Below are positions 52,211 to 64,000 of a stretch of DNA of 64,000 nucleotides, piece after piece. A program made the position numbers and the translations under genes. Below the pieces are notes generated by a model. The model was not told where the DNA came from. It saw nothing but the letters and a program-made list of their open reading frames with translations, and searched no databases. The DNA comes from Octopus bimaculoides (Eukaryota): positions 94,890,600 to 94,954,599 of the forward strand of contig NC_068989.1 in the NCBI RefSeq assembly GCF_001194135.2. Direction: 5' to 3'. Each line of letters starts with the position of its first letter. The first letter of the stretch is position 1.

Positions 52211-53502
52211 CAGAGACCTTTAAGACAGGACTACTGACAGTAGATGGGATGCACACTCACCCCAATCTACGACACTTTTCTACCTTTCCTTTACTGGTCC
52301 TCTTCAATGATCTTTTCATACTCTCATGTCTCCATCACACACAATCATAGCACTATCATCCATTTCATATTCTACTATTCACTTGTGTAAAGTAGGATAA
52401 CACAGGATCGACCTACCCTTATTCAACCGTCCCCATTATGCTGGGCTGCTTCTTCTTTATCATTCTTTCGCGATCCATAAACCACTAACCTACCCAGCCA
52501 GAAGAATATTTCCTATAGCCTACACTGTGTATTGCAACGACGGAAAGCATTTCCTCGCTACAATGTGCGTGCAGCTATAAAACCAAAGAATAACTGTATG
52601 TACATTTTGCCTCTTTTGAGTCGTTGTGTTGTGACGAAGAGGATTCCAAATATACAAACAGCTGTTCTCCTATTTTATGACCGGACACATTGCACAGAGG
52701 AATAGCTTACACTCATCGTAATACACAAAGATTTATAATATATATATTCTACAGAACATTACAGTTACGAAACATAATACTTGTTATCACACACGTAATT
52801 TAATAGTTATAAGAAATCCAAGTTTTGTATTACAACACTATTCTTGTAGCAATGTAAGATGAATCGATGAATCAGCGTTTTTCATTTCTTTTATTTTCAA
52901 GTATGGGAATGAAACAGAGATAATTGATACACAATGTTATAATATACTGTAAATAAAGAAACATATTACTACGTTCGATTAATATGCATGGCACGTCAAT
53001 AAGTTCGTTCATTTCTATGTGTGTAATTATATGTCACAATACAGATCCCAAAGAATTGGGACTGCTTTTAGTTTAGCTTTTATTTTTCCCAGTACATAGC
53101 TTTCCGTTCAAACGAAATTTGTATAGAATTCTTTATTTTTGTATATTCTTCAGAGAGAATTATCATACACTGTGAAGAGATCCATAATAGATCGATGAAT
53201 ATATTTCGAAAGGCACAAAACATATGTAAATAGAATACAGAGTAGATCTAATTAAATGAATAAATAAATAAATATAGAAAAGCCTTAGACTCCGATTAGA
53301 AATAGTTAAAAAGAAATTGTTCCATGCATCTTATCTGTTTCTTATGTTTTCCCCAAAGAATTCTTTCATTATCACATTCCTTTCTGCTCAAATATCTTTC
53401 TCCCATAGTGTATGTGTGTGTCTTTCTCCCTAAAGTGTAATATAATAATATAAGATATATATACATATATATATATATACATGTGTGTAGGTGTATATAC
53501 AG

Positions 53503-53541
<39 letters not shown>

Positions 53542-53610
53542 NNNNNNNNNNNNNNNNNNNNNNNNNNNNNNNNNNNNNNNNNNNNNNNNNNNNNNNNNNN
53601 NNNNNNNNNN
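53542..53610. other. Assembly gap (N) within TA/CA/GT microsatellite field (~53440-53830)
   Basis: Run of N. Confidence 1.
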
Positions 53611-53642
<32 letters not shown>

Positions 53643-53748
53643 ACACATACATATACACACACATAAATATACATCTTATATTATAATATTATATATGTAT
53701 GTATATTATATATATATATATATAAATACACACACACATTCCAATATA

Positions 53749-53797
<49 letters not shown>

Positions 53798-54264
53798 ATA
53801 TGTATGCATGTATGTATGTATGAATGTATGTATATCTGTGTTAACGACGGGTCCGCGTCATCGAGAATATTTCCAAGCGTTTCCGTGGATGAGGGCTGCT
53901 TTCGCTAATCTGCCAGGAAGTCGGTGTAGTGTTCATGAAAATTCCTAAGTTCTAGGGTTTTGGTCTTCCCCTTAATCCATGCTTGGTCTTAGTCTCAGCC
54001 TTCCAAGCTTCTATTCATGACACAAAAGTACAGAGATGTTGCGAAGTTGCCTATTTAACTGCAAAGAGATTCCGGTGGTGCAATAGATTATAATGTCTCT
54101 TGTTTCTTCCTTTCGTGTGGAGTGGTTTTAATCTTTCGTCGGAATTTGAACTCAAAATGAAAAGAATTATTGTACATACCATAAAACACCCATCGTGGCC
54201 GACATTCAAAAATTTCTGCTTGTCCACCATCTTGGATTGAGGATTGTTATTTATCGACATCAAA

Positions 54265-54476
54265 GCGATGAGATGACAGAATCGGTAGCACACCTGACAA
54301 AATATTAAGCAGTAATTCGTCTCTTTCTTCGTTCTGGGTTCAAATTCCGTCGAAGGCGAGCGACTTTGCCTTTCGTCATTTAGAGGTTTATAAAATAAGT
54401 ACCTGAGCACTGAGTCGATGTAATCGACAAACCCCCTCCCCACATAAATCAGGCCTTGTTTCTATAATAGAAAAGT
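54265..54476 (+). mobile_element. SINE family A
   Basis: GACAGAATCGGTAGCAC head, GGGTTCAAATTCCG, GACTTTGCCTTTC, GTCGATGTAATCGAC. Confidence 0.8.
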
Positions 54477-55112
54477 TTATTTGGTGTGATTTGAACTTAG
54501 AATGCAGAGACTAACATCATTCTTTACGATGCTCTAATGACTTGATTCATTCGTTGTCTACACGCGTTTTGCATGAATATATATTGTAGCTTTGTGTGTA
54601 TATGTGTGTTTCTGACATTAGCTGCGTGCGTAACCATAGTGATATACATATCTACTACCACCTGTATTTTGTTCTCCGTCATTTAAAAGAAATAATTTAA
54701 ACATAACCTATGATCGATATGCACCTGCGCAGGTAAATAATTATTCATCTTCTGAATTTATCAGACGGCTTGGTGGTACGGCAACTGCATAACTCTACCA
54801 AAATAAAATAACGTATTGCATCGAACATATTTTCTTATGTCATCTCTTTTCCTTCTAATCTGAAGTAGAATTTATATAGAATTCGCGTCTAAGTTGGGGA
54901 AAAAAATGCAATACAAACTATATGTAGTGACTTACACACACACACATACACACACACACACACACATTTGCATGTCTATAAGTAACAATGTACAATGCGT
55001 TCGAATCTGATATGTGAAGTTACAACTTTTTCTGGCTTCCATATACATCTTCTATATTAAATACATGTGTGTGTAAGCATGTACATACATGTGTGTTTGC
55101 ATATATATATAC

Positions 55113-55154
<42 letters not shown>

Positions 55155-55177
<23 letters not shown>

Positions 55178-55615
55178 GACATTTCTTAGCACATGAGGGT
55201 GTTTTATGATGGAAATATGACTTGAATTGAACTGTTTTGCTAATTCCTGTGTAATTTGCATTCGATTGTCCTCAGCTACTGTTTTCAGCAGCTTAATATT
55301 GATAGAATTTTATAGTTCCGGATCGAGAGAAATATGCGTGAGAAAAATTTCCCAAGTGGAAATAGCCAAACGATCGTTGGCATGTTTGGACAATTACAAC
55401 TTCATTTTCTCAAGCAGAATGAATATTTCTTGTTTTCATTGCTGAAGAGACTCTTTTGAATTCATGCAGCAGGGTCTGATGAAAACTCATTTGAAAATGC
55501 CAAAATCTGATCGAATTTTTTTTACTAACGTATAAAGTTAACTTTGAAGAATAAAGAACTTTTAAATGTTCGAATAAATTAATGTCTCTTCATCGCAAGA
55601 ATTGGAAAAACACCC
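55155..55615 (-). pseudogene. Degenerate mariner transposase N-terminal fragment
   Basis: Minus strand FHLGNFS...RSG and [23 protein letters not shown], matching mariner F..GNFSL....RSGRP / T..ELA..L..S...I..HL..LG. Confidence 0.55.
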
Positions 55616-55662
55616 TCAAAGTTACCACATCAAAAATGCGACAGGGCTTTTCTTCTATCTTA

Positions 55663-55697
<35 letters not shown>

Positions 55698-57057
55698 TGT
55701 GTGTGTGCCCGCGCATGCGTGTGTGTGGTACTTGAAATACTCATTTACAAAGGAAAACATTAAGCTTTCGCTGAAACGGACAAGCGTCTGTCAGTTTTAA
55801 TTTTTAGCTAAATAGAGGGCACGACCCATGACCCTTGTTAGGGTCTCCGAAACTTGTCTGAGGGAGGGACCGTGAGAGTTAACCTAGAACCAGGGACATG
55901 GATCGAATACCTACAACAGAATGGACTCTGCTAAAGACTGTCTTGAGAAATGTGTGAGTATGAACTGTCGGTCCGATGGCCGTCCACACAGCATCTACAA
56001 AATCTTATTAACAAGACTTTGGTCGAAATCAAAGTTATTGTAGAATACATCTTTTCCTAAGGTGTCGCGTACTTAGGGGCCGGTCTAGTTGTGACTAAGA
56101 AGATAGCTGTCTAAGGTATCATCCTGTAGGATCAAACCAGTAACCGCTTGGTTGCGAAGCGAAGTTAGCAACACAGCCTTTTCAAGATGAATTTCAACGA
56201 CTACATTTCGTAGTGGTTGTGTTGTTCTAAAAAAGTCTCACATATCAACACTTCAAACCCCATTACATGAAAATAAGGAGCCTTTCCTAACTCTCATCTG
56301 ATCCTTTCTTCAAAATGTGCCTTTCACGTACTCCTAAGCAACAGTATGTTTTGGCTGACATTTAGTGAAGCGAACTCTAACTCTAGATATATTCCCACTT
56401 CAACAGCAACACACAGCAACTAAATATTTTCATAATATTCTACGACATTCTATTATAAAATCTCTCTATTTATATTTTTATCTCCAAGCGTCTTTTACCA
56501 TGAAATTCGTATTTTACGACAGATATACTGTACATTAAATAATATAATACAACCGATAATCATGAATTTTGCCTGACAGTATAAAGCAGTTACATCAGAT
56601 ATATTGAAGAACTAGGTACACTGGTCACGCACACTGAATTTTTCCTGTTTGTTTCTACCAACGACAACTACACACGGAACTATCACAGAATTCCCTGTTG
56701 CTTTTAATATATACTCTCTACGTATTTCTGTCTCTTTTATCTATAGATTCAATACTGTAGTAATTTCCAGATATTTTTAACCTTAGAACGCATTACACTG
56801 CGCCGAACATTTTTCACCATTGTACTCTTGTGTCATCTTCTATGTGAAACATGTTTCTCTTATCTTTTGAAAGCATTTCACACACACACACATACACACA
56901 CACACACATCCCTTTAGCATTTCAGTAAATTATTTCATTTCCTTTTGCGATAAAAAAAATGTTCCAGTTTTAAAACTTTATTAATAGTTTCATAAATTTT
57001 TTCGTACAACTAAAATATTTGACTATACCTAAGACTCTTTTTATCCTTACACCATAA

Positions 57058-57260
57058 AAAGGTGGTGAACTGACAAAATGGTTGGAGTGTCGGACAAAAT
57101 GCTTGCGGCTCTTTACGTTCTGAAGTGCTGCCAACGTTGACTTTGCCTTTCATTCTCTCAGCATCAATAAATTAAATACCAGTTGACCAATGGGGTTGAT
57201 GTAATCAACTTCACTCCTCTCAAAATTAATGGCCTTGGGTAAAAATTAGAAATTATTCTT
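57058..57260 (+). mobile_element. SINE family A, diverged
   Basis: AAAGGTGGTGAACTGACAAAAT head, GACTTTGCCTTTCATT core. Confidence 0.75.
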
Positions 57261-57529
57261 ATGTCGTATAAATATCTAACGAACACCAGCATGCAGTGAA
57301 TTGGCAAAATCGATAGACCAGTGGCTAAAAAAACGCTTCGCAATATTTATTCTCTGTGTTTCGGGGTCGTTCTTCTGAGTTTTGTTTTAAAAAAAGAAAT
57401 GAACCAGTACAGGACGTGGAGTTGTAAGAGTGTCTGGCATAATTCCGTATTTGTTTCGATTCTATGCATTTTCGGTTCAAATCCCGTTCTGTCACCGAAG
57501 GGTGACACTTCTGTCAAGTGTTACGACAC

Positions 57530-57640
57530 ACCTTTATAAGCCCGAGGCTTGGTATAAGACACTTGCCCAATATGCCACTCAGTTGAACTGAATCTGGAAC
57601 CATGTGATCGGGAAGCAGATATTTTACCACACAGGCACTT
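57530..57640 (-). mobile_element. SINE family B head fragment
   Basis: AGACACTTGCCCAATATGCCACTCAGTTGAACTGAATCTGGAACCATGTG. Confidence 0.7.
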
Positions 57641-58223
57641 ATTTATTTGGAAGTTACAGAATAAATTCATTTAGATGAAATATTTAGGCAAGAAAATGTT
57701 AATTTTGCTCGCAAATAAATACCATGAAGTATCATAGATACGGCAGTAAATGAAAGAAAATACGTATAAACAATATTTGCAAATTATTTACAATGTAACG
57801 TTAAGTTAATTTCAATAGTTATTGTTGTTCCTATGTGTATTTAAACTTAAATTGTATTTATTAATGAAGAAAATAAATATTGAACCTTTTGAACTGTGTT
57901 GGAAAGAAGGATATAAATTGATTTGTTTTCGTGTAGTTATATTGTAGTTTCTGCTAGTTTTCGGAATTACTAGAAATAAATTATTTTTTAATCAGTAACC
58001 TTACCAATATCTTTTCATATGTTTCAGGGTATAAAATATATTTTTATTTACACATAGTCGTTAATCTTCTCCTTGAAAAGATGTGCTTCCACGCAAAATT
58101 TCCAGTCACGTGTATGACAAACTTGCGGCCTACAATATGAAACGTAAATACGTGTACATTCATATATTAAGTTATATTCTTTCTTTATTGTTTGTTTTAA
58201 ATAATGATTGAAATAATATCTTA

Positions 58224-58430
58224 TTTAGATACAAGGAAAGGAATTTGGGGTGAAGGATTAATCGATTACATCGGCCCCAGTACTTGATGGATACTTGATG
58301 TCATCGACTACCGGAGGGTGAAAGACAATATTGACCACGACCAGAGTTGGACTTAGTACAGAATAGGGTCACATACTGCATTGCATTTCCCACCGACGTT
58401 CTAACGTTTCTGTAAGCTCTCAGTCTTCGA
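58224..58430 (-). mobile_element. SINE family A, old copy
   Basis: ATCGATTACATCGGCCCCAGTACTTGA...CCGACGTTCTAACGTTTCTG. Confidence 0.65.
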
Positions 58431-58454
58431 GTCAGCAATAGTTTCAAGACAAAA

Positions 58455-58662
58455 AGGCGGCGAGCTGACAGAAACGTTAGAACGTCGGGCGAAATGCTTA
58501 GTGGTATTTACGTTCTGAGTTCAAATTCCGCCGAAGTTGACTTTGCCTTTCATCCTTTCAGGGTCGATGAATTAAATACAAGATGCGTACTGGGGTCGAT
58601 CTAATCGACTAGCCCTCCTCCACCAAAATTTCGGGCCTTGTTCCTAGAGTAGAAAAGAATAT
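58455..58662 (+). mobile_element. SINE family A, full-length, with 13-bp target-site duplication
   Basis: TTTCAAGACAAAA at 58442-58454 and 58663-58675; A-box-like and B-box-like (GAGTTCAAATTCC) motifs. Confidence 0.92.
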
Positions 58663-58679
58663 TTTCAAGACAAAACTTT

Positions 58680-58830
58680 AGATGACTGGCCCCAGTACTT
58701 AACTGATACTTTATATTCTTGATCCCGGAAGGATGATAAGCAGCGTTGAAATGAGCGGCATTTGAAAGTAGAACAAAGATTTGGAATAAATACTGCAATA
58801 TTTTTATCCGTCTCTCTAACAATGCTGGCA
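58680..58830 (-). mobile_element. SINE family A, old copy
   Basis: GGCCCCAGTACTTAACTGATACTTT...GGAAGGATGA...CTCTAACAATGCTGGCA. Confidence 0.6.
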
Positions 58831-59589
58831 ACCCTCTTCTCTCGAGGATTGAAACAATAACTAATGTGTTTCGTACCATGTCATATAGAAATAATATTGA
58901 TTTTTCTAAGCGATTAGAATTTCACCGAATTAAATTCTTGTGAATAAGTGAATGATTCTTATTTAAAATGGGCTTTCTCTTGTTGTTGTTGTGCTGTTGT
59001 TTTACTTTTTCAATTTCAGTTTGTTTCTTCATGATGATACATAAGAAAGAAATTATATAAATACATTTTCAACTATTTTATAATGAATTACAGACTAGAA
59101 TATAGTGTCGTCTTTTTTGTTGGGTTTATTTTTCTGTTTACTCAATCTGATTGAAATGTAAGGCTTTTGATAAAAGCAATACCAGAGGAGAAAAATAAAT
59201 TCAAAATTTAGCGAGAAAGATATTAATCCTGTTTCATATGGTTAATACAAAGTTTTTCCGTGAGTAAAGAATAAAAATATATTTCAAGCCTTTGGGATTA
59301 AACATGTTAGTGTAATAAATTTTATAATATCAACTTTCTTTATATTACTTTTACACAGACATTCTATTTGTAAGCCTTTGGAGAGGTGTACATATGTTCT
59401 GAAAATAGATAACTATATTTATGAGATTTTTTATGATGTTGATAAAAATTACTAAATTGTATGAGTGCTGTGTTTGATTTTATCAAGAACTAAATCATGA
59501 ACCAAAGTTTTGACACATCAAATTATTTGCATACTACCGGTATGTGTGTGTATGTATGTATATATATATATATATATATATATAGCGTG

Positions 59590-59624
<35 letters not shown>

Positions 59625-59639
59625 ATTCACCATGCTTGA

Positions 59640-59765
59640 CCGCTAAACTACAGTTTTTTTCATTCTCTTTATGTTTATTTTCTCTTATTCCTTTCTGTTG
59701 AAGAGCGTAGGCTCGAAACGTAAAAGACTATTTTTATTTTCCCGAGCGTCAAACTAATACACTTG
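59640..59765 (+). mobile_element. Penelope-like terminal (pLTR) fragment
   Basis: Same family as 20953-21200, follows a TA/GT microsatellite; class inferred. Confidence 0.5.
59691..59726 (+). ncRNA. Minimal type I hammerhead-ribozyme-like motif (copy 1)
   Basis: CTTT CTGTTGA A GAGC-GTAG-GCTC GAAA C GTA AAAG: 4-bp stem II, 4-bp stem I, palindromic ACGT in place of stem III. Confidence 0.5.
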
Positions 59766-62214
59766 CTTTTTTTTTTTTCCTTAAGCAAGTTGCTTCTTTT
59801 CATGTTATTCCAATTTACTCTTGTGAAAATTTGTACAGACCTACTCACTGTTTCAGCATTTTCTATCTCTAATTTTTACATCTTCGCTGATCAGCTGCGT
59901 CAATCTTTAGGGAGCCGAGAGTGTGTCTATGTCTCTTCATGACTAAACAGGTGCTAAGGTACTCAAGAATGGTATATTGTAGCAGCTAATTCTAGTGATG
60001 CCTACGTCTTTATATAATCTTCTGAATACAGTGAGATAGGAACAGACATATCAACCACATTCAATAAGTATAGCACAGAGGTCTGTATTCACTTGGAATA
60101 CATTAGAATAAATTAAGTCAATATAGATTTCCATCGTATACATAAACTGAGGATATTTCAAATAGAATTTTCTCAAGCCATAAATATTGATGTTAGAATT
60201 AAATGTTCGACTACTTTTATAAAGTGCTCTGGTATTTCTTAAGAGATAATAAATATGCAATTCAATTCGCAATGTTACTGTCTATCTTAAGCAAAATAGG
60301 TTGGCAAATTCTATTAATCTAAATTCTATTAATCTAAATGTTAATTAATTCACTACGTTTTCTTTACCATCTATGAACATTTAGATAATATTATTCGCTC
60401 TATATATAATACTTAGTTTCAAATATTCTCTCACAAACCAATTCAAATACAGATGCATATTAAATATATGCTTAAGCAGTTTATTCAACAACGAAAATTT
60501 CGAGTTAGTTAATAAGTAACAAACATTGAGGTAATGGTAGATTTTATTATTTTCTTGTAATTCTTAGTGATATATCCGAACGCTTCATATTATTTCATTA
60601 GTTCACTTATAATAGGGAATAGAAATTACAGGTGAATGGTTTTCTTTCAGTCTACAAGAGTATATATCTAGTGTGTAAGAGAAAAGAAACTGGTTGATGG
60701 AGTCTACCTCCACATCGTTCTCTGGAGTTTCATATTGATTATGCAAAATATTGATTTTGATTATAATACACTAATTATCCATAGTATTATATAAAATTAG
60801 CATCAAATACATCAGATCTAATAGGAGTTCATAGTTTTGTTTGTATTCAAAAATAAAATATACGAAATAATACACAATCTAGAAATTCGAGTTAAAGAAA
60901 CAACTGTTAATAATGATTTATCAATGTATCTCTTTGCATGAATTTCCTTTCTTTGAATCACTTTCAGAGAGATAGAATCACATGGTTTGCTATCATTTAG
61001 TCATTACTCATAATTCAAATAAATTAAGTTTACAAGTACACTTCAGTTAATAGAAATGCACACAAATTCTTTTACAATTAACACATATTGAAATTACAAG
61101 ACGCTTGTTTGTATTCAGATCAATATTGTCAGTGAGTTGATATAAATATTAAAGAGAAATATCGAGTGTTGCTTTATCATGTCATTTGTGTAGCATTATT
61201 AATTGAACTTAAATGCTTTTAACTCTAAAACCTTTATCAACCGAAACAAAATATTTTGTAAAAATTCACGATTTTAAGTATTTCTGTAATCTACACTTAC
61301 GAATTAACCTGAATATCATTTCATTGGCAAGTTATTGCATTTATTCAGTAGTATGTTGCGATGTAGTGTTAGTATAAAATACCACAGAAGATAGAACAAA
61401 ATAACTACTTTCAAGGTACGCTGCTTAGCTAATATCTTCAGATATGTTTAAGTGTATAATAAAATTATATGCTGCTCTGATACCAGTTTTGAATGCAATG
61501 CATAGATTTTAAGGAAGAATAACAAGAAAATTATTTCTATATAACTAGCTAGAGGCGATCGCCTCTCGGAGCTAATCAACAGCAGCATTCGTCCTATTCC
61601 TCTAGACTGCCACGTTAGTTTGGCAATAAATATTAATATTTCTATTTTTAACTGCTACTAAGCATTACTATTTCATTACTGGGAATAAACTTACTTAACC
61701 TATATTGCACGTTGCTGGTAACTCCCTGTTAGTCTATGTGAAACGAATGTATGTTATGAAAACAGTAAACTAATGCCATTTGCATTGTTCTTTCACTCTA
61801 ACACATTAACAACAAAACAATAGATTACCGGCACCAAGTGTTTGCTCAAGACTATTTCTAAAGTGATTTCGCAGTGTTGGGAGTAATGCAAATAATGCTT
61901 TATTGACAATACACTCAAAGATTTGTTCAAAGGGTTCATTCATGGCTTGAATAGAACCCAATATATTTGTGTCAATTCGTCAAAAGCCTGCGTCATGTTC
62001 ATGTTTTTAAAAGCCATGCTTCGCGGTTATATCGTTCTCTTCACAATGATTTTACTCCACATAATATGTCGATGTGTGTAAGTGTGCACATTTCAATTTA
62101 TATATATGTGAAGAGAATTCTAATTTGACAATCTTATTAGTTCTTAGTGATGAAAATTCCCATATTGAATTCAGAGTATTTTATAAATGAATATATTAAC
62201 ATTCTTACAGTTAA

Positions 62215-62580
62215 TTCTTCAGGGCCGCCGAGAGCGCACCAGACGCCGGTGGAATTTAAACTCAGAACGTAAAGACGGACCAAATGCCGCTACGAATTTC
62301 ATTCAGCGATCTATAGATTCAGCCATCTTGCTGCATTGAACATATCAAATATTTAGAAATATGGATTTCAAATTTTGGTACAAGGCAAGTTCGGGGCAGA
62401 GGGTAAGTCGATAGCATGGAGTCCAATACTCAACTGGTTCGTATCTTATCCCTCTCGAAAGGATGAAAAGCGAAGTCGACCTCGGTGGAATTTGAACTCA
62501 GAATGTAGAGGGGAGAACTGTTGCTAAGCAGTTTGCCCGGCGCAATAACAACGATAACAACTCTGCCAGCTTACCGCCTT
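62215..62580 (-). mobile_element. Two tandem SINE family A copies (62215-62340 partial; 62362-62580)
   Basis: GGTGGAATTTAAACTCAGAACGTAAAGACGG; GAAAGGATGAAAAGCGAAGTCGACCTCGGTGGAATTTGAACTCAGAA...CTGCCAGCTTACCGCCTT. Confidence 0.8.
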
Positions 62581-63167
62581 CGTTACATTGGAAATATACC
62601 ACCACAAACAGACGCCACTTGAACGTAGACAGTTAATGTCTCCATTGTAGCAGACAATACTGTGTTTCGTGCAAAAGCAAGGGAGTCTTATTTCGCATAA
62701 TATCACAGTTATATTCAATATTATGATTACACAACGTGATAGACCTTATAATTTAATCACTGCAAATTAAACTTATCGGCAAATATTCGATGGTTAATTA
62801 TTGTTTGCCCAAAATAAATATATTCATTATTATCGAGAAAGCAATTAAGTTTGCTTTCTAGTGAGATTTAGATTTCGAGTGAGTCAGTTATGTATAAATA
62901 AATAAAAATAATTACCCTAACCTTAATAGCTGAAACTCTATCGAATTAATAACACAATTTATTGAGGTATTAACTTCCGAGCTCTTATTGTCTGATTCCT
63001 TATCACTTACAACGTAGATATTAGTTACGATCTTGGGCGTATCAGTTGCGGAAATAAACTTTCTCTCTGTTTCATGAATACATAAATAACTGACATCTAA
63101 CTTAACTACATTTCTAATTGAAAGTAAACAAAATTTCAGCTTCTCTCTTTCTCTCTCTCGTTTTCAG

Positions 63168-63233
63168 GTAAACGACTAACACTTTTGTTACGAAATATTG
63201 GAAACATAAGATCCAGCACCTTCCCCGACTAAG
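63168..63233 (+). other. Candidate short exon
   Basis: Strong polypyrimidine acceptor (CTTCTCTCTTTCTCTCTCTCGTTTTCAG); only a weak donor (AAG|GTGTAC). Confidence 0.25.
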
Positions 63234-63660
63234 GTGTACGTATCCTCCATCCGATCTCAAGAACCACGAACTTTACTGTATAAAATTTTATAAAGGCTTG
63301 GCATAGTAACGCTATATAAATATATTCCTTGCTTTGATAACAAATATGTGGCAAATTTTACCTCTCGTCTTTTTGGGGGGTCAGTAAAATACATAATTAC
63401 CTCAGAGTTGTAGCATTGCAGAATAATTAGTTGTTCGGGTTGAAGTGCTTGAGGAAGTTTTTTCGATGCTCAAACAATTCTGCCAATCCACCACCCTGCG
63501 GCAGTACTTTATTTTATCGACCACGAAAGATGATAAGGCAAAATCATTTTGCTACAATTAAACCTTAGGTGCCTGGAACAAACATCACAAAATCTCTTGT
63601 TCTACTCGTTAACTATTCTGCTATTTTGCCGTGTATAGTAGATCAATATTTCTTCGCTGA

Positions 63661-63803
63661 TAATTCCGCCGAGGTCAACTCTGCTTTTCATCCATTCGGG
63701 GTCGATAAATTAAGTACCAGTTGCGTACTGGGGTAGATCTAATCGACTGCCCCCCTCCCCAAGAATTTTTGGCCTTCTGCTTAGAGTAGAAGAAAAAAGA
63801 ATA
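63661..63803 (+). mobile_element. 5'-truncated SINE family A
   Basis: AATTCCGCCGAGGTCAAC...GGGGTCGATAAATTAAGTACCAGTTGCGTACTGGGG...TAGAGTAGAAGAAAAAAGAATA. Confidence 0.88.
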
Positions 63804-64000
63804 TTTCATTGCTGTTATGTTTGGGATTTGTTATTAAGTGGGAAACATAATCTGCCGTCCTGTTTCACACCAATTTCTGGGCCTTGATATCTGTAGCGAA
63901 GGAATATCAATCTATTGCGAGCATCCATGCCAGGCCACCGGTTTCTCCCTTCTTCCTACAACTTTCAGAGGCCCCATTGTGAAGGTTAGTAGTTAAGGTA

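Noticed and set aside
53840-54050. Possible LINE C-terminal remnants (HGLRGRPKP on minus strand; similar at 63840-64000)
   Set aside because: Too degenerate to support as a feature without a search.

Overview
AT-rich, repeat-dense eukaryotic (animal) genomic DNA from a draft assembly, with six N gaps, five of them bordered by microsatellites. The dispersed repeats resemble, from my recollection, the abundant SINE/LINE families of Octopus (coleoid cephalopod); this is an inference and no database was searched. I find no intact recognisable protein-coding gene, rRNA, tRNA gene or CRISPR array, so the window reads as intergenic or large-intron DNA. Almost every ORF in the supplied track is a microsatellite, gap or low-complexity translation, an antisense/overlapping frame of a transposon fossil, or of a length expected by chance. 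Supported content: a near-full-length defective mariner with both TIRs (15710-16961), a maT/DD37D-like transposase fossil (~31.6-32.2 kb), a second mariner fragment (~55.2-55.6 kb), a 127-bp MITE nested in a SINE, 3' ends of R4/Dong-like and RTE-like LINEs, about 20 tRNA-type SINE copies of at least three families, Penelope-like terminal fragments and many microsatellites. Most interesting: (i) two copies of a minimal type I hammerhead-ribozyme-like motif with a non-canonical core in the Penelope-like fragments, (ii) two long fold-back hairpins (67-bp and 53-bp arms) plus closely spaced inverted SINEs that would be dsRNA substrates, (iii) an 11-bp minisatellite carrying eight E-boxes, and (iv) weak candidate small exons, including a possible two-exon 35-aa ORF. 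I do not see a convincing novel multi-gene system.
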